A stretch of DNA of 64,000 nucleotides, taken from positions 62,001 to 126,000 of the IMG/VR virus record IMGVR_UViG_3300043418_000072; one strand, 5' to 3'. The number at the start of each line of letters is the position of its first letter. Positions within the stretch are counted from its first letter, which is position 1. The notes below the pieces were generated by a model, which saw only the letters and a program-made list of their open reading frames with translations, was not told where the DNA came from and searched no databases. Shown piece by piece: positions 44,613 through 53,951 of the stretch. Made by a program: the position numbers and the translations under genes.

Positions 44613-45753
44613 ATTGTTTGTTAGTTGCTTTAACTATGCCACTAAATCGTTTGTTACCACGATCATACTCGCCACGCTTGTCGGATGCACTTGCATCGGC
44701 GGCAGCGGTTGTTTTGTATTGTGCTAACTTCTCATTAGACAATTCATTAATTGGATTGTCGCTAGTTGGCAATTTAGCACGTAGCTGATCTGCCATTTGT
44801 TTGAAGTGCTGTGCTTGGGTATCACGGCCATAGCGTTCTGCTTTAGCTTGACGCTTTTCGTAGTCAGTGATCTGTGCCCATAGTGCATTGTGCTTGCGCT
44901 CGTCTGCACCTTCTGCTACTTTATTAGTGTAATCGTCGCTCGGGCCGCTTGGATACTTCTCGTACTCAGTATAACGCTGTCTTGCCAACTTCTTGGCTTC
45001 TGGGTTAGCGTCACGTAATTGTTTGTATGTGCCCATGTGTTGAGCCATAATCTGTTCGGATGTGCCCACACGCACTCTTACAGGTAGATAATCTTTATAG
45101 CTTGGGCAGAACAATTTAAACAATGATTCGGGGTGTTTGACTTTATAGTACTCAACAGTGTCTGTCATCCACTGGTCAATGTCTGCTCTACCACGTGGGT
45201 AGTTCCCTGGATCGGCCATCTCCGGTTCTGGTGCTTTCTTCTTGAAGCGATCGAGGATACCTTCTTTAACTTCAGCAGGTGCAGCTAGTGTCATCTTGCT
45301 CATGCCCTTGCCCGATTGCTGCCAAACACGATACATTTTACCATCTGCACCTTTTAACACCATAGCATTGCCAGGAATACGACTAGAATCATATTGTACA
45401 ACCATGGCATTTTGTCCACCAACTCGAACGTGTGGTTTTTGGTCATCAAAATGTTGAGCTCCGACTGCTAGTGCGCCAGCAACAACCGGGGCGCCAAGTA
45501 ATGTAGCAGTATCTTTCCAGCTTTCTGGTAATTCGTGCCCTGTAACTTCCTCAACTTCGCCACCTGTGCTGTATACAATCTCTTCAATTTGATTAAAGAT
45601 TGAACGGGGAGCAGTCATGTAATCACCGGCCCAATCAATGTAGTTCCCAAACTTCTGCATTACATGTTCATATGAACGTTCACCGTCAATGACAAAAGTT
45701 ACGGTACTTTCTGTACCCTTGTTGAGCCCCTCAAATATCTGATTTAAAAACAT
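44584..45753 (-). CDS. Mosaic polyprotein (putative virion-internal cargo)
   Basis: MFLNQIFE leader; modules separated by VKEG, KVAEG and INE. Confidence 0.6.
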   Translation of the reverse strand: MFLNQIFEGLNKGTESTVTFVIDGERSYEHVMQKFGNYIDWAGDYMTAPRSIFNQIEEIVYSTGGEVEEVTGHELPESWKDTATLLGAPVVAGALAVGAQHFDDQKPHVRVGGQNAMVVQYDSSRIPGNAMVLKGADGKMYRVWQQSGKGMSKMTLAAPAEVKEGILDRFKKKAPEPEMADPGNYPRGRADIDQWMTDTVEYYKVKHPESLFKLFCPSYKDYLPVRVRVGTSEQIMAQHMGTYKQLRDANPEAKKLARQRYTEYEKYPSGPSDDYTNKVAEGADERKHNALWAQITDYEKRQAKAERYGRDTQAQHFKQMADQLRAKLPTSDNPINELSNEKLAQYKTTAAADASASDKRGEYDRGNKRFSGIVKATNKQFANDAKKHR

Positions 45754-45754
45754 G

Positions 45755-48109
45755 TTATACTCCGCCGCCGGCCTTCTTTATTAGTGTATTTAGTTGGGTA
45801 GCAGTTGACGGGTTTGACATAACATTACCAATGGCAGGAGCCATTGCAGCAATGGTATCTTTATCCATTGAATTCATTGGTGCACCGGTGTCAGTCTTTT
45901 GCAATGTCTGTGCTGCCTTAGCAGGGTCAATTTGCACCCCAGCGGTCTTTAAGTTAGCTAGATTTTGTTGTAGCTTGGCTTGATTTTGTTTAGCTGCCGC
46001 AGCTTGTGCTGGATTAGGTGCAGCGCCCGGGGCGGTTGCTTGTGTAGATGGTTGAGTTGCACCAGCTACGCCACCTGCGGTAGCAACAGGAGCAGGAACT
46101 GCTTCGTCAACTGTTTCTTGACCGGGGCAAATATCGTTGTAGTTGTCCATAGTCAATGTTTGACCACCTGCGCTTAATTTAATTAAACGTTCAGCAACGT
46201 CATGTAGATCCATATCTGTTTTGGCATCTTCGCGAGCATATTCAAACAAGCGAATCATTAATGGAATATCCATTGTAACTGTGTCAGTTGGGTTTGTCCC
46301 TTCTTCCATTGATTGCGCTGCTGCACGAATACCTATTACTGTAGCGTTCTTGCTGTCAGCCCACTTGTATGCTGCTTCTTGACTGCTGAATTCCTTGCGC
46401 CACATTACACGCTGATCGCGCTTGTTGTAAGCATAACCATATGCTTCAACGGCTGTGTCGTTTTGAATAGGCTGTGCTTCGTCGCTGTAGTTTTCTTGTA
46501 CCTGTGGTTCAACTAATTCGCCAATCTTGTTACGAATAAGACCAATTAGCTTGCGATGTGTACCAGTTAACACACGGTTCTTTTCAATGAAGTTAAGAAT
46601 GTGCTCTGTTTCTGCTTTATACTTTGCTCTCCACTGCGGAGTTCTAGCGGTAGTAATGTCCTTGACGTTGTCTAATCTATCGGCAAGTTTAATTACAAGA
46701 CCGTAGCTGCTCATTGCAGCCATCTTGTGTGCTAAGTACTGAGCCTTGCCCATCTGTTTAATTTGTTCAGGATCACTTGTTAGTTCTTGGACCAGGCTAG
46801 CAACTAGACCACCAAACAAGTCATGCAAAATCTCATGTGTAGTATCGGTATCTTCAACTGTGTCGTGCAAATATGCAGCACTAATTAGTGCTTCAAGGTT
46901 GTGAGATTGTTTATATTGTCTAATATGATCAGCAACACGCATCGGGTGAGTGATGTATGGATCACCACCGGCTCTAGTTTGACCAGCGTGAGCTTGAGTT
47001 GCGTACTGTAACGCTTCTTCCTCGCCTTCAGCCATTGGTCTATCTGCGCCGTTGATAGTAATCATTGGGTTACGAACACCCTTCTTCTTGCACCATGCTT
47101 CAACTTTAGCTTCTGCTTCTTCTGTTGATGTTGCTGTTACTGTGACAAAATGTGCGTCTGCCGCAGTAGGTCCGTACTCAACTGTTGCACGGTACTTGAC
47201 TGGTTGAGATTGTTCTTCCGCCACACCTTGCCTTGGTAATAACTTGTTAATAGTAGTTTTAACTTTCAATCCCTTTTGTGGATGGTCAAATATAACGCCA
47301 ACATCATTGATGTCTTTGATGAATGCAATTTTGCCTGAACCCTGATAGCCACGCACACAAACAGTATCGCCTACTTTATATTTGGGAGTTGCTGCGAATC
47401 CACCTCCGCCACCTAAGCCTTCCGCCACACCTTGCTGTTGTGGGTTGAACTCTAAGGCACCTTGTGTATTACCCATGATGATATTGGCAATCTTGTAGAT
47501 GTTGTCAAAGGTCAAATCAAAGTGACGCTCAAACGGATGACCTTTTAACAAACTAAATGTAGTGAGTAGTTTGCCTTTTATTTGTCCAGTAAAGCCGCCG
47601 CCAGTGTACTTACCAATTTGGATAGCTCCGCGAGTGCTATGCGCACCCTTACGACCTGCTCTAGTCTCGTAGTATGAGTAAAGCATTGTTGGACCAAACT
47701 CCATTGGGTCATGTGGAACAAAGCGGGCTTTGATTGTTGTCTTAACAACGTTTTCTACACAGTCAAAGTCTTTAGCTACGATTTGTTTTACTTGTTCGAT
47801 GAATTCTGCCCATGGAATAAACTTACGTGAGCCTCCACCTTCGTCTGGGGCAAATTCGTCTACTTGTTGTTTGTACTGCGCGAACTCTTCTGCAAGTGAA
47901 TGTTTAACTGCATTCTCGGTTAGTTCTTTTTCTAGATCAGCAAGCATGTTCTTGCTTTCTGCTGCGCCCACTAAACGACCAGCAAAAGGATGTTTACCAT
48001 CTTTACGCTTAGTGGCTTTTTCAGTACCGCGAACTTGATCGCCGGGTTTTTGTTCTGGCTCTCCAGCGAACTTGTTCATTGACTCTAGTAGTTTACGCAT
48101 ATCGCTCAT
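45755..48109 (-). CDS. Mosaic polyprotein containing a Mesh1/SpoT-type HD hydrolase module (about 46500-47025)
   Basis: A..AH.GQ.R..G.PYI.HP..VA, AAYLHDTVEDT, V.ELT and KLADRLDN motifs; QGVAE linkers. Confidence 0.8.
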   Translation of the reverse strand: MSDMRKLLESMNKFAGEPEQKPGDQVRGTEKATKRKDGKHPFAGRLVGAAESKNMLADLEKELTENAVKHSLAEEFAQYKQQVDEFAPDEGGGSRKFIPWAEFIEQVKQIVAKDFDCVENVVKTTIKARFVPHDPMEFGPTMLYSYYETRAGRKGAHSTRGAIQIGKYTGGGFTGQIKGKLLTTFSLLKGHPFERHFDLTFDNIYKIANIIMGNTQGALEFNPQQQGVAEGLGGGGGFAATPKYKVGDTVCVRGYQGSGKIAFIKDINDVGVIFDHPQKGLKVKTTINKLLPRQGVAEEQSQPVKYRATVEYGPTAADAHFVTVTATSTEEAEAKVEAWCKKKGVRNPMITINGADRPMAEGEEEALQYATQAHAGQTRAGGDPYITHPMRVADHIRQYKQSHNLEALISAAYLHDTVEDTDTTHEILHDLFGGLVASLVQELTSDPEQIKQMGKAQYLAHKMAAMSSYGLVIKLADRLDNVKDITTARTPQWRAKYKAETEHILNFIEKNRVLTGTHRKLIGLIRNKIGELVEPQVQENYSDEAQPIQNDTAVEAYGYAYNKRDQRVMWRKEFSSQEAAYKWADSKNATVIGIRAAAQSMEEGTNPTDTVTMDIPLMIRLFEYAREDAKTDMDLHDVAERLIKLSAGGQTLTMDNYNDICPGQETVDEAVPAPVATAGGVAGATQPSTQATAPGAAPNPAQAAAAKQNQAKLQQNLANLKTAGVQIDPAKAAQTLQKTDTGAPMNSMDKDTIAAMAPAIGNVMSNPSTATQLNTLIKKAGGGV
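47215..47231 (-). repeat. QGVAE linker repeat, copy A
   Basis: GCAAGGTGTGGCGGAAG, identical to copies B and E. Confidence 0.85.
47419..47435 (-). repeat. QGVAE linker repeat, copy B
   Basis: GCAAGGTGTGGCGGAAG; 20 nt identity with copy E. Confidence 0.85.
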
Positions 48110-49569
48110 TTGTAGATTCCTGTACCGATCTTAGGGGTTAAACGTTTTGCAACATTCTTTACACGCTTAGGAACACCTGTCCCTGGCTTGCCTGTTCCGC
48201 CTGCTGGGCCAGTAGCAAATCCACCTGCGCCTGTGCCGCCAGCAGTCATCTCGCTAACTGTTTGCTTGCCTTCAGCAACACCTTGACCTTTTAAGCTACG
48301 AGTAGCTGCATTCAATTGACTAATACTTACACTGCGAGTTGTATCGCTGTTCCAGATTAAGTCAACACGTAAAGGTCTGCCATTTTTATAAAAATGCAAT
48401 TCGTTGCTGGTAGTTTTGAAATTATCTGCACCATACTGACGTAACACTTTTACAGCGTCATTCAATGGCATTGTTTCTGCAACGCCCTCAGCAACACCTT
48501 GCTCCAAAAACTCTTCGTCGGTTAAATTACCGGCTAGCAATGCTTCTAGGGTGTCAATCTGTTGATTATAGATGTCGATTAGATATTCAATTTCCATGTC
48601 GTCGTAAGCATCTGAACCGTCATACCATGTTTCGTCAACTGCTTCTGCTTCGGCATCTGTCAGTCGACGCTTTTGTGCCAATAGCTTTTTCTCTAGCATG
48701 TTGGCAATAGGTGCATACTTACGCACAACCTGTTGCCACATAGGCTCTTGTGCAAACTCTGGAAACTGTGCAGCGGCACCTTCCACCGGATCAAAGTCCT
48801 GGAATAGGTTTAGTGCTAGCACATCCTTAACTGGCATGCCAGCTTTTACTAAGTATTCGTTTAGTTGGCCTTCCGCCACACCTTGCTCACCATCTTGTTG
48901 TGCTTTGGCAGCGGCCGCACGCTTCTTGCGGAAGATTTCACGGAAGTATGCTTCATCATCTGGGTTTACACCAGGTGTTTGTTGACCACGGTGTCTCTGC
49001 TTTGCAGGAGCATTACGAGCTGCGTAATAATCTTCGTCGCTGTCAAAGTTGCGTGGATCCACTTCGTTTACTTGTCCAGTGAAGCCTTTATATGCGCCTT
49101 TAACTGCGCCAGTTACGCCGCCAACAATCTTCTTGCCCACTTGCGCCATAAACGGAGTCTTCTCCTGTGGAGCAGTCATTCTGTCCACTGACTTACGTGC
49201 ATTAGCTTCTGCGTCACGCTGTACATCAGCCATTGAATAACCTTCTTCCAATGCAGCTTGCAATTGAGCTTCGGCTGATTCAAATGCAAATGTAGGCATC
49301 GCATGTAAGTCAACTTCTTTGTCTTCGTAGCTTAGGTATTCGTATACTGTACGTAGGTAATCGTTTGCAAGAGTAATCTTCTCGCTTACCCATCCCTCGA
49401 TGTTACCATTGTCGTTAGCTTGGGCTAGAATCTTGTGTAGCTTGATAGCGTAGTCTGCTGCGTGGTAGCAGTCGGCACGAGCCATTTGTACTTCGTGGTC
49501 TGAGTGCATTTCACCTGCATCTTGGGCGATAAATGCGTTGTGTTCTGTGATAAAATCTGTTGTCTTCAT
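48106..49569 (-). CDS. Mosaic polyprotein (putative virion-internal cargo)
   Basis: MKTTDFITE leader, three QGVAEG linkers, TAAATA upstream. Confidence 0.65.
   Translation of the reverse strand: MKTTDFITEHNAFIAQDAGEMHSDHEVQMARADCYHAADYAIKLHKILAQANDNGNIEGWVSEKITLANDYLRTVYEYLSYEDKEVDLHAMPTFAFESAEAQLQAALEEGYSMADVQRDAEANARKSVDRMTAPQEKTPFMAQVGKKIVGGVTGAVKGAYKGFTGQVNEVDPRNFDSDEDYYAARNAPAKQRHRGQQTPGVNPDDEAYFREIFRKKRAAAAKAQQDGEQGVAEGQLNEYLVKAGMPVKDVLALNLFQDFDPVEGAAAQFPEFAQEPMWQQVVRKYAPIANMLEKKLLAQKRRLTDAEAEAVDETWYDGSDAYDDMEIEYLIDIYNQQIDTLEALLAGNLTDEEFLEQGVAEGVAETMPLNDAVKVLRQYGADNFKTTSNELHFYKNGRPLRVDLIWNSDTTRSVSISQLNAATRSLKGQGVAEGKQTVSEMTAGGTGAGGFATGPAGGTGKPGTGVPKRVKNVAKRLTPKIGTGIYK
48271..48285 (-). 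repeat. QGVAE linker repeat, copy C (synonymous variant)
   Basis: CAAGGTGTTGCTGAA. Confidence 0.75.
48475..48501 (-). repeat. QGVAEGVAE linker, copy D (variant, doubled)
   Basis: CAAGGTGTTGCTGAGGGCGTTGCAGAA. Confidence 0.75.
48870..48886 (-). repeat. QGVAE linker repeat, copy E
   Basis: GCAAGGTGTGGCGGAAG. Confidence 0.85.
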
Positions 49570-49595
49570 GCGAATTTCCTGTATATTATATTTAG

Positions 49596-49865
49596 TTACA
49601 CAATAAACTTGAGGCCTGCACCTTGTCCGTTTACTGCAACATTGTTAGTGATAAATTGTGCATCAGTGTTGCTGCATTTTTCAATACGTAATTCATGCCA
49701 GCCATTGTCTAAATAAACTTCAATGTGCTCACGGATATAGTGTCTACTGGTTTCCCAAATAAACGTGCGCTCCGTTAGCAGTTGGTCATCAATATAGACT
49801 CTGTATGCTGGCGGTGTTGTGTCCCACTTGCACCAAACGTCTACGTCAATGCAAGTGTGGTTCAT
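49596..49865 (-). CDS. Small beta-rich hypothetical protein
   Basis: PPAYRVYIDD.LLTER...G.HELRIE. Confidence 0.65.
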   Translation of the reverse strand: MNHTCIDVDVWCKWDTTPPAYRVYIDDQLLTERTFIWETSRHYIREHIEVYLDNGWHELRIEKCSNTDAQFITNNVAVNGQGAGLKFIV

Positions 49866-51577
49866 TTTCTAGCCTTTAGGGTCGCTAACTGTTCTTGTAA
49901 CTGTGTTAAACGGCTTAATAACTGCTCTGCTTCTTTGATCTTGTGTTTAGGTAACTTACGGGTTAAGCCGTATGCTTTCATCATTTTAGGTAATGTGCTA
50001 GCGTCAACATCATTTTGATCGCCCATGGTGGCCATTACGTATCGTGGATCTTTGCTGTTGCTAACAACACCTACACCTGCTGCATCTTCGCCTAGTGGGT
50101 TATGCAATGCGCCCCACCCGGGATGACGTGGATCGTTAATGTCCAACGAGCTATCGTCTGCTGGTTTGCGTTTAGCTAACCGGTCTTTTTCATGTTCTTT
50201 GTCAATCAAGTCACCAACTAATGCTTTCATCGGATCAGTCTTGCGCAATTCTTCACGTGCTCTTAGCTGCGCCATGTGACGATTGAAGTCTGCCGCATTA
50301 AATGGGGCATTGTGGTCGTAGGCTTCATCAATGGCAGCATCTGGCAATTCTACATTAAATTTTATTGCAATTTCGGCTCTAAAATTGTCATATGCTTTGC
50401 TATTATCGAATATAAACGTGTGTGACATTCCGTGTTTGCTTGTTTGATTGCTCGGAAATTTAATAGTCTCGCCTGCATCGTTTACAAATAAGTATTGATT
50501 TCCACTTTTTCCAACTAGCGTTGCATGTATAAGATCGGAGTTGAGTGGTATGATTCTATTCTGAATCAGCATCAATGGAGTCACAATGTATTTTTTATTT
50601 TTTACTGGCGTACTAGAAAATCTATCTAGCCCGGTAAAATATTCAGCGGTGTGGTTATCTGATTCTAGCAATGTTCCATCAATGTAGTATGCTTCGAAGA
50701 TAGCCATCTTGTCTTCTATTGACAGCTCCTCACCCAACTCTGTCCACTGCGGGACTGCATTTTCATTGGCATGCTTAAAGTACTGCACTTCGCGCTCGTG
50801 CTTTTGTGCAGCGGCTTTAGTTGGGAAAGTACCTAGATTTTTGTTACCATGCTTACTAAGCAAACGGTACTGACTACCGTGTTTAACAATATGCTCGCTA
50901 ATACCAGGAATAGCACTTGCACTGTCTGTAGCATGTGGACTGATAGAGTCCTCATTCATTGGGATTTTGTCTAGGATACGGCCCACTTCTGGGTCATTGC
51001 GACCGTACATTTGCAATAGGTATTCGCCACGTGCTTTAGCATCGTTACGGATACTGTTCCACAATGCGCGATTTTCAGTGCCGTGGCTAGCATCGTATTG
51101 CTGACCATTGATTGTGATGACTTTCTTGCGTTCTGCTGCAATAATAACGTAGCCATGCTTATCGGCAGTTTGACACTTGTTTAGATCTTCAAACTTTTGG
51201 TAGTAACTAGGCTGGCCATCTTTCTTGTATGTGCCAGGCTTTAGGCGATCTGCGTCAGGGGCGCCAACTGCAACTACAAACACAGTAGATGCAGGGTCAA
51301 ATTGTGGAGGAAGGATGTAAGGGCTTTTAACTTCTAAGATGCGATCGTTAGGCACACCAGCGGCGTGCATTAACACTGTCTTGTCTGTGAAGTTAAAGGG
51401 ACTTTTAGGCAGCTCTGTCTTGTTGCTAGTTGCAATGTAGACGTTATCGCGACCGTATTTGGCTTGTAGGCTTTCAAATACGTCGCGATGTCCTAGATGG
51501 AAGGGCTGGAAACGCCCTGGGTAAATTACAACTACTTGCGGCTGTGCCGCTTCAGTAAACATTTCAGCAATAAACAT
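49862..51577 (-). CDS. HIGH-motif cytidylyltransferase-like domain followed by mosaic modules
   Basis: MFIAEMFTE leader; YPGRFQPFHLGH, SPF.F..K and VG..D..R motifs; later modules bounded by MNE, ISE, LLE, IDE and LGE. Confidence 0.75.
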   Translation of the reverse strand: MFIAEMFTEAAQPQVVVIYPGRFQPFHLGHRDVFESLQAKYGRDNVYIATSNKTELPKSPFNFTDKTVLMHAAGVPNDRILEVKSPYILPPQFDPASTVFVVAVGAPDADRLKPGTYKKDGQPSYYQKFEDLNKCQTADKHGYVIIAAERKKVITINGQQYDASHGTENRALWNSIRNDAKARGEYLLQMYGRNDPEVGRILDKIPMNEDSISPHATDSASAIPGISEHIVKHGSQYRLLSKHGNKNLGTFPTKAAAQKHEREVQYFKHANENAVPQWTELGEELSIEDKMAIFEAYYIDGTLLESDNHTAEYFTGLDRFSSTPVKNKKYIVTPLMLIQNRIIPLNSDLIHATLVGKSGNQYLFVNDAGETIKFPSNQTSKHGMSHTFIFDNSKAYDNFRAEIAIKFNVELPDAAIDEAYDHNAPFNAADFNRHMAQLRAREELRKTDPMKALVGDLIDKEHEKDRLAKRKPADDSSLDINDPRHPGWGALHNPLGEDAAGVGVVSNSKDPRYVMATMGDQNDVDASTLPKMMKAYGLTRKLPKHKIKEAEQLLSRLTQLQEQLATLKARK

Positions 51578-51614
51578 AAAAATTCCGTTATTGCTGTATT
51601 TAGTCTAAAACGGC

Positions 51615-52085
51615 TTATAGGTTTTCCAATAGCCAGAGGTAGAAAGGACTGCTAAATTCGAGAATGTACGTACCAGTCCACCCCATGTTTACACACTGAT
51701 CAATGCGATCAACAATAGCACCGTTATATACTTGCTTTTTAACTGGAGCGTAATGGCTCTTTGAGTGTCTCAAGTGCCCAATGTCAATGTCGTCGATTTC
51801 AATGTGATCAACGTTAAGTAACATATCCTTTACGATAGTAAAGTTTTCGCCAGAGTTGTCCTTAACAGTGTCTGAGCTTTCTTTGTTTAACAAGGAAATC
51901 TCCAATTGATGATCGCCGTCAACTAAGTCAACTAAGAATTCGTGGTATTCTGTTTCACCAGATGCAGCGGCAATATATCCCGCTGCATATTCTTTACCAG
52001 AAATAGCAATGCTGTACTGGGGTTTCTTGTCCCAGTACGTACCACTAATGCCGATTCGAAACTTGATCTTTTCAATTTCTTGCAT
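51615..52085 (-). CDS. Beta-rich hypothetical protein
   Basis: P.Y.I...G.HQLEI..NK...D.LLN..IEID...F.SPFY.WLLE pattern. Confidence 0.7.
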   Translation of the reverse strand: MQEIEKIKFRIGISGTYWDKKPQYSIAISGKEYAAGYIAAASGETEYHEFLVDLVDGDHQLEISLLNKESSDTVKDNSGENFTIVKDMLLNVDHIEIDDIDIGHLRHSKSHYAPVKKQVYNGAIVDRIDQCVNMGWTGTYILEFSSPFYLWLLENL

Positions 52086-52975
52086 TATGCGTCCTTTTTA
52101 ACAGCCATATTCATAGCATCGGTTAATGCCTGTGGTAACTGTTGGCCTTCTGGCTGTGCAACTGGTGCACCAAACTGTGGCATCTTACTCAAGTCACCTT
52201 GGAACTCGTAGTGCCCAATGTGGTTCAACAACACTTTACCGTGTGCCCAAATCTCGCCACCTAGTTTTTGCCATCGACGGCAGAACAACCAGTCTTCACT
52301 CAAGTAATGCCCGCGCTCATCAATTTCACAATCAAAGATGCTGTACATCATTGGCTCGTATTGCTTACCTAATCCCACGTCATCAACATACTTGGTCTCT
52401 GGGTGTGCTGCAATCAACTGCTCGTACACTGTCTTTTTAAACATCAAGAAGCCTGTGCCCATTGTATCTACTGTAAAGATATCGCCTTGTACCTTTGTTT
52501 GTGGGTTCAAGTTAATAACGTAGTTGACTGGTAATGCTTTCTTGGGATACAGGCCACCAATAACTTCCTTGTCACATGCCATCATCTTTAATGGAGCGTC
52601 GGGTTCAAAACGGATGTCTGCATCGATGAAGAAAAAGTGTGTGGCTTGAGGATTAGTCATCATCTTAGCCATTAAGTTATTGCGAGCACGGGTAACTAAT
52701 GATTCATTGACCATTGTATCCAGGCTCCAGTTTAGTCCCACTTGTTGTGCAAGCAAAATAAAACGCAACAAACTGGTAACAGTTGGCTCGCTCATCATGC
52801 CGCCATAGCAAGGAATACCGATGTGCAAATGGCACTTAGAGAAATCAAACGGCGTACCTTGTGGCTTTGGAGCAGGTGCTGCTGTTTGTTGTGCTGCTTC
52901 TGATGCTGCTTTGATTGCAGCAATAGCGTCAGAGGTGGATTGCCCAGAGGCGGGTGTAGTTACTTTTTTAACCAT
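52085..52975 (-). CDS. GT-A (family 2-like) glycosyltransferase
   Basis: IPCYGG, ESLVTRARN, FIDAD (DxD), GTGFLM and LSEDW.FC motifs. Start moved to MVKKV. Confidence 0.75.
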   Translation of the reverse strand: MVKKVTTPASGQSTSDAIAAIKAASEAAQQTAAPAPKPQGTPFDFSKCHLHIGIPCYGGMMSEPTVTSLLRFILLAQQVGLNWSLDTMVNESLVTRARNNLMAKMMTNPQATHFFFIDADIRFEPDAPLKMMACDKEVIGGLYPKKALPVNYVINLNPQTKVQGDIFTVDTMGTGFLMFKKTVYEQLIAAHPETKYVDDVGLGKQYEPMMYSIFDCEIDERGHYLSEDWLFCRRWQKLGGEIWAHGKVLLNHIGHYEFQGDLSKMPQFGAPVAQPEGQQLPQALTDAMNMAVKKDA

Positions 52976-52994
52976 GTTTACTTTCTTGTGTGAG

Positions 52995-53162
52995 TTATCC
53001 AGCTGCAACTTCGACTACTACGCCGGCTGCAACCAATTCTTGTGTTACTTGTTCTAAGCTAGCAACAACTTCTTCAGTTGCTAGGTCTGGGTAGTGATCG
53101 TCGGAATCTTTAACCAATTTGCTAAGTCTGATTACGATTACTTGTTCTTGAATTTTTGCCAT
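52995..53162 (-). CDS. Small hypothetical protein (55 aa, not in the ORF track)
   Basis: MAKIQEQVIVIRLSKLVKD...VVVEVAAG*, with AAGGAG RBS and TAAATA upstream. Confidence 0.7.
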   Translation of the reverse strand: MAKIQEQVIVIRLSKLVKDSDDHYPDLATEEVVASLEQVTQELVAAGVVVEVAAG

Positions 53163-53195
53163 CTCGGGCTCCTTGATATTATAGTAGTATTTATT

Positions 53196-53951
53196 TCACG
53201 GTTTCACGATCTCGTGAATTTTTCCGACCATCCCCGGAGCAATCAATCCGATCATTGTTGTAATAGATGGGTCGTTGGTATAAACAAAACAACCCCATAT
53301 GTATTTCAATGGGCCCGATAACATGTTCATATTAGCTTTAGAAACTTTAACTTCGCTGCCCATTGTTTTTAAATAATTAACAATTGACTGCTTGGTTTCC
53401 ATGCTGTAGGATCCGTCTCTGAGCACTATCTTGTATTTGTATTCTTGCTTAGAATTAGGTGCTGCAATAATATGACCCGCTTCTAGCAATGCCTGCTGTT
53501 CCGGGCTAGCTGGTGTACTAATACTTAATAGTCTGCTAGCAATAGTTCGATCGTAGTTTAGTCTTGTGGCAATGTCTCTAAGAGTCTGCTCGTCTTTAGT
53601 ATAAACCTGTAGCCAGGGCTCCTCAATGCGCATTCGTATACGATTACCATATCCATTTTTGATACTGCGCAATTCTTCAAGGAATACAGGGTCTGATTTT
53701 TTTAGTTCATCTGCTTGCCGCAGTGCCCAATTGGATTGTGATGCCCAACTTCCGCCATAGTTAAAATGCTTTTGCTTAGATAGTCTGTCGGCTAAGTGAT
53801 TTGCAATGTAATCATTGGGCCTCGTGTCGGTGATAGACCTACTACCGTGAGCCTCTATGACCAGCTTATAACAAAACTGGCCATAGAACTGCTTACGTGT
53901 ATCTTCGCAAACGATCTTAGGATTTAGTTTGGTCCAGAACAATGAAACCAT
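53196..53951 (-). CDS. Hypothetical protein
   Basis: 251 aa, two similar halves ending VYTKDE and VYTNDP. Confidence 0.65.
   Translation of the reverse strand: MVSLFWTKLNPKIVCEDTRKQFYGQFCYKLVIEAHGSRSITDTRPNDYIANHLADRLSKQKHFNYGGSWASQSNWALRQADELKKSDPVFLEELRSIKNGYGNRIRMRIEEPWLQVYTKDEQTLRDIATRLNYDRTIASRLLSISTPASPEQQALLEAGHIIAAPNSKQEYKYKIVLRDGSYSMETKQSIVNYLKTMGSEVKVSKANMNMLSGPLKYIWGCFVYTNDPSITTMIGLIAPGMVGKIHEIVKP

Noticed and set aside
47215-48886. QGVAE repeats as a CRISPR array
   Set aside because: The repeats are only 15-20 nt, irregularly spaced (about 200-850 nt) and in frame within coding sequence, and no cas genes are present.
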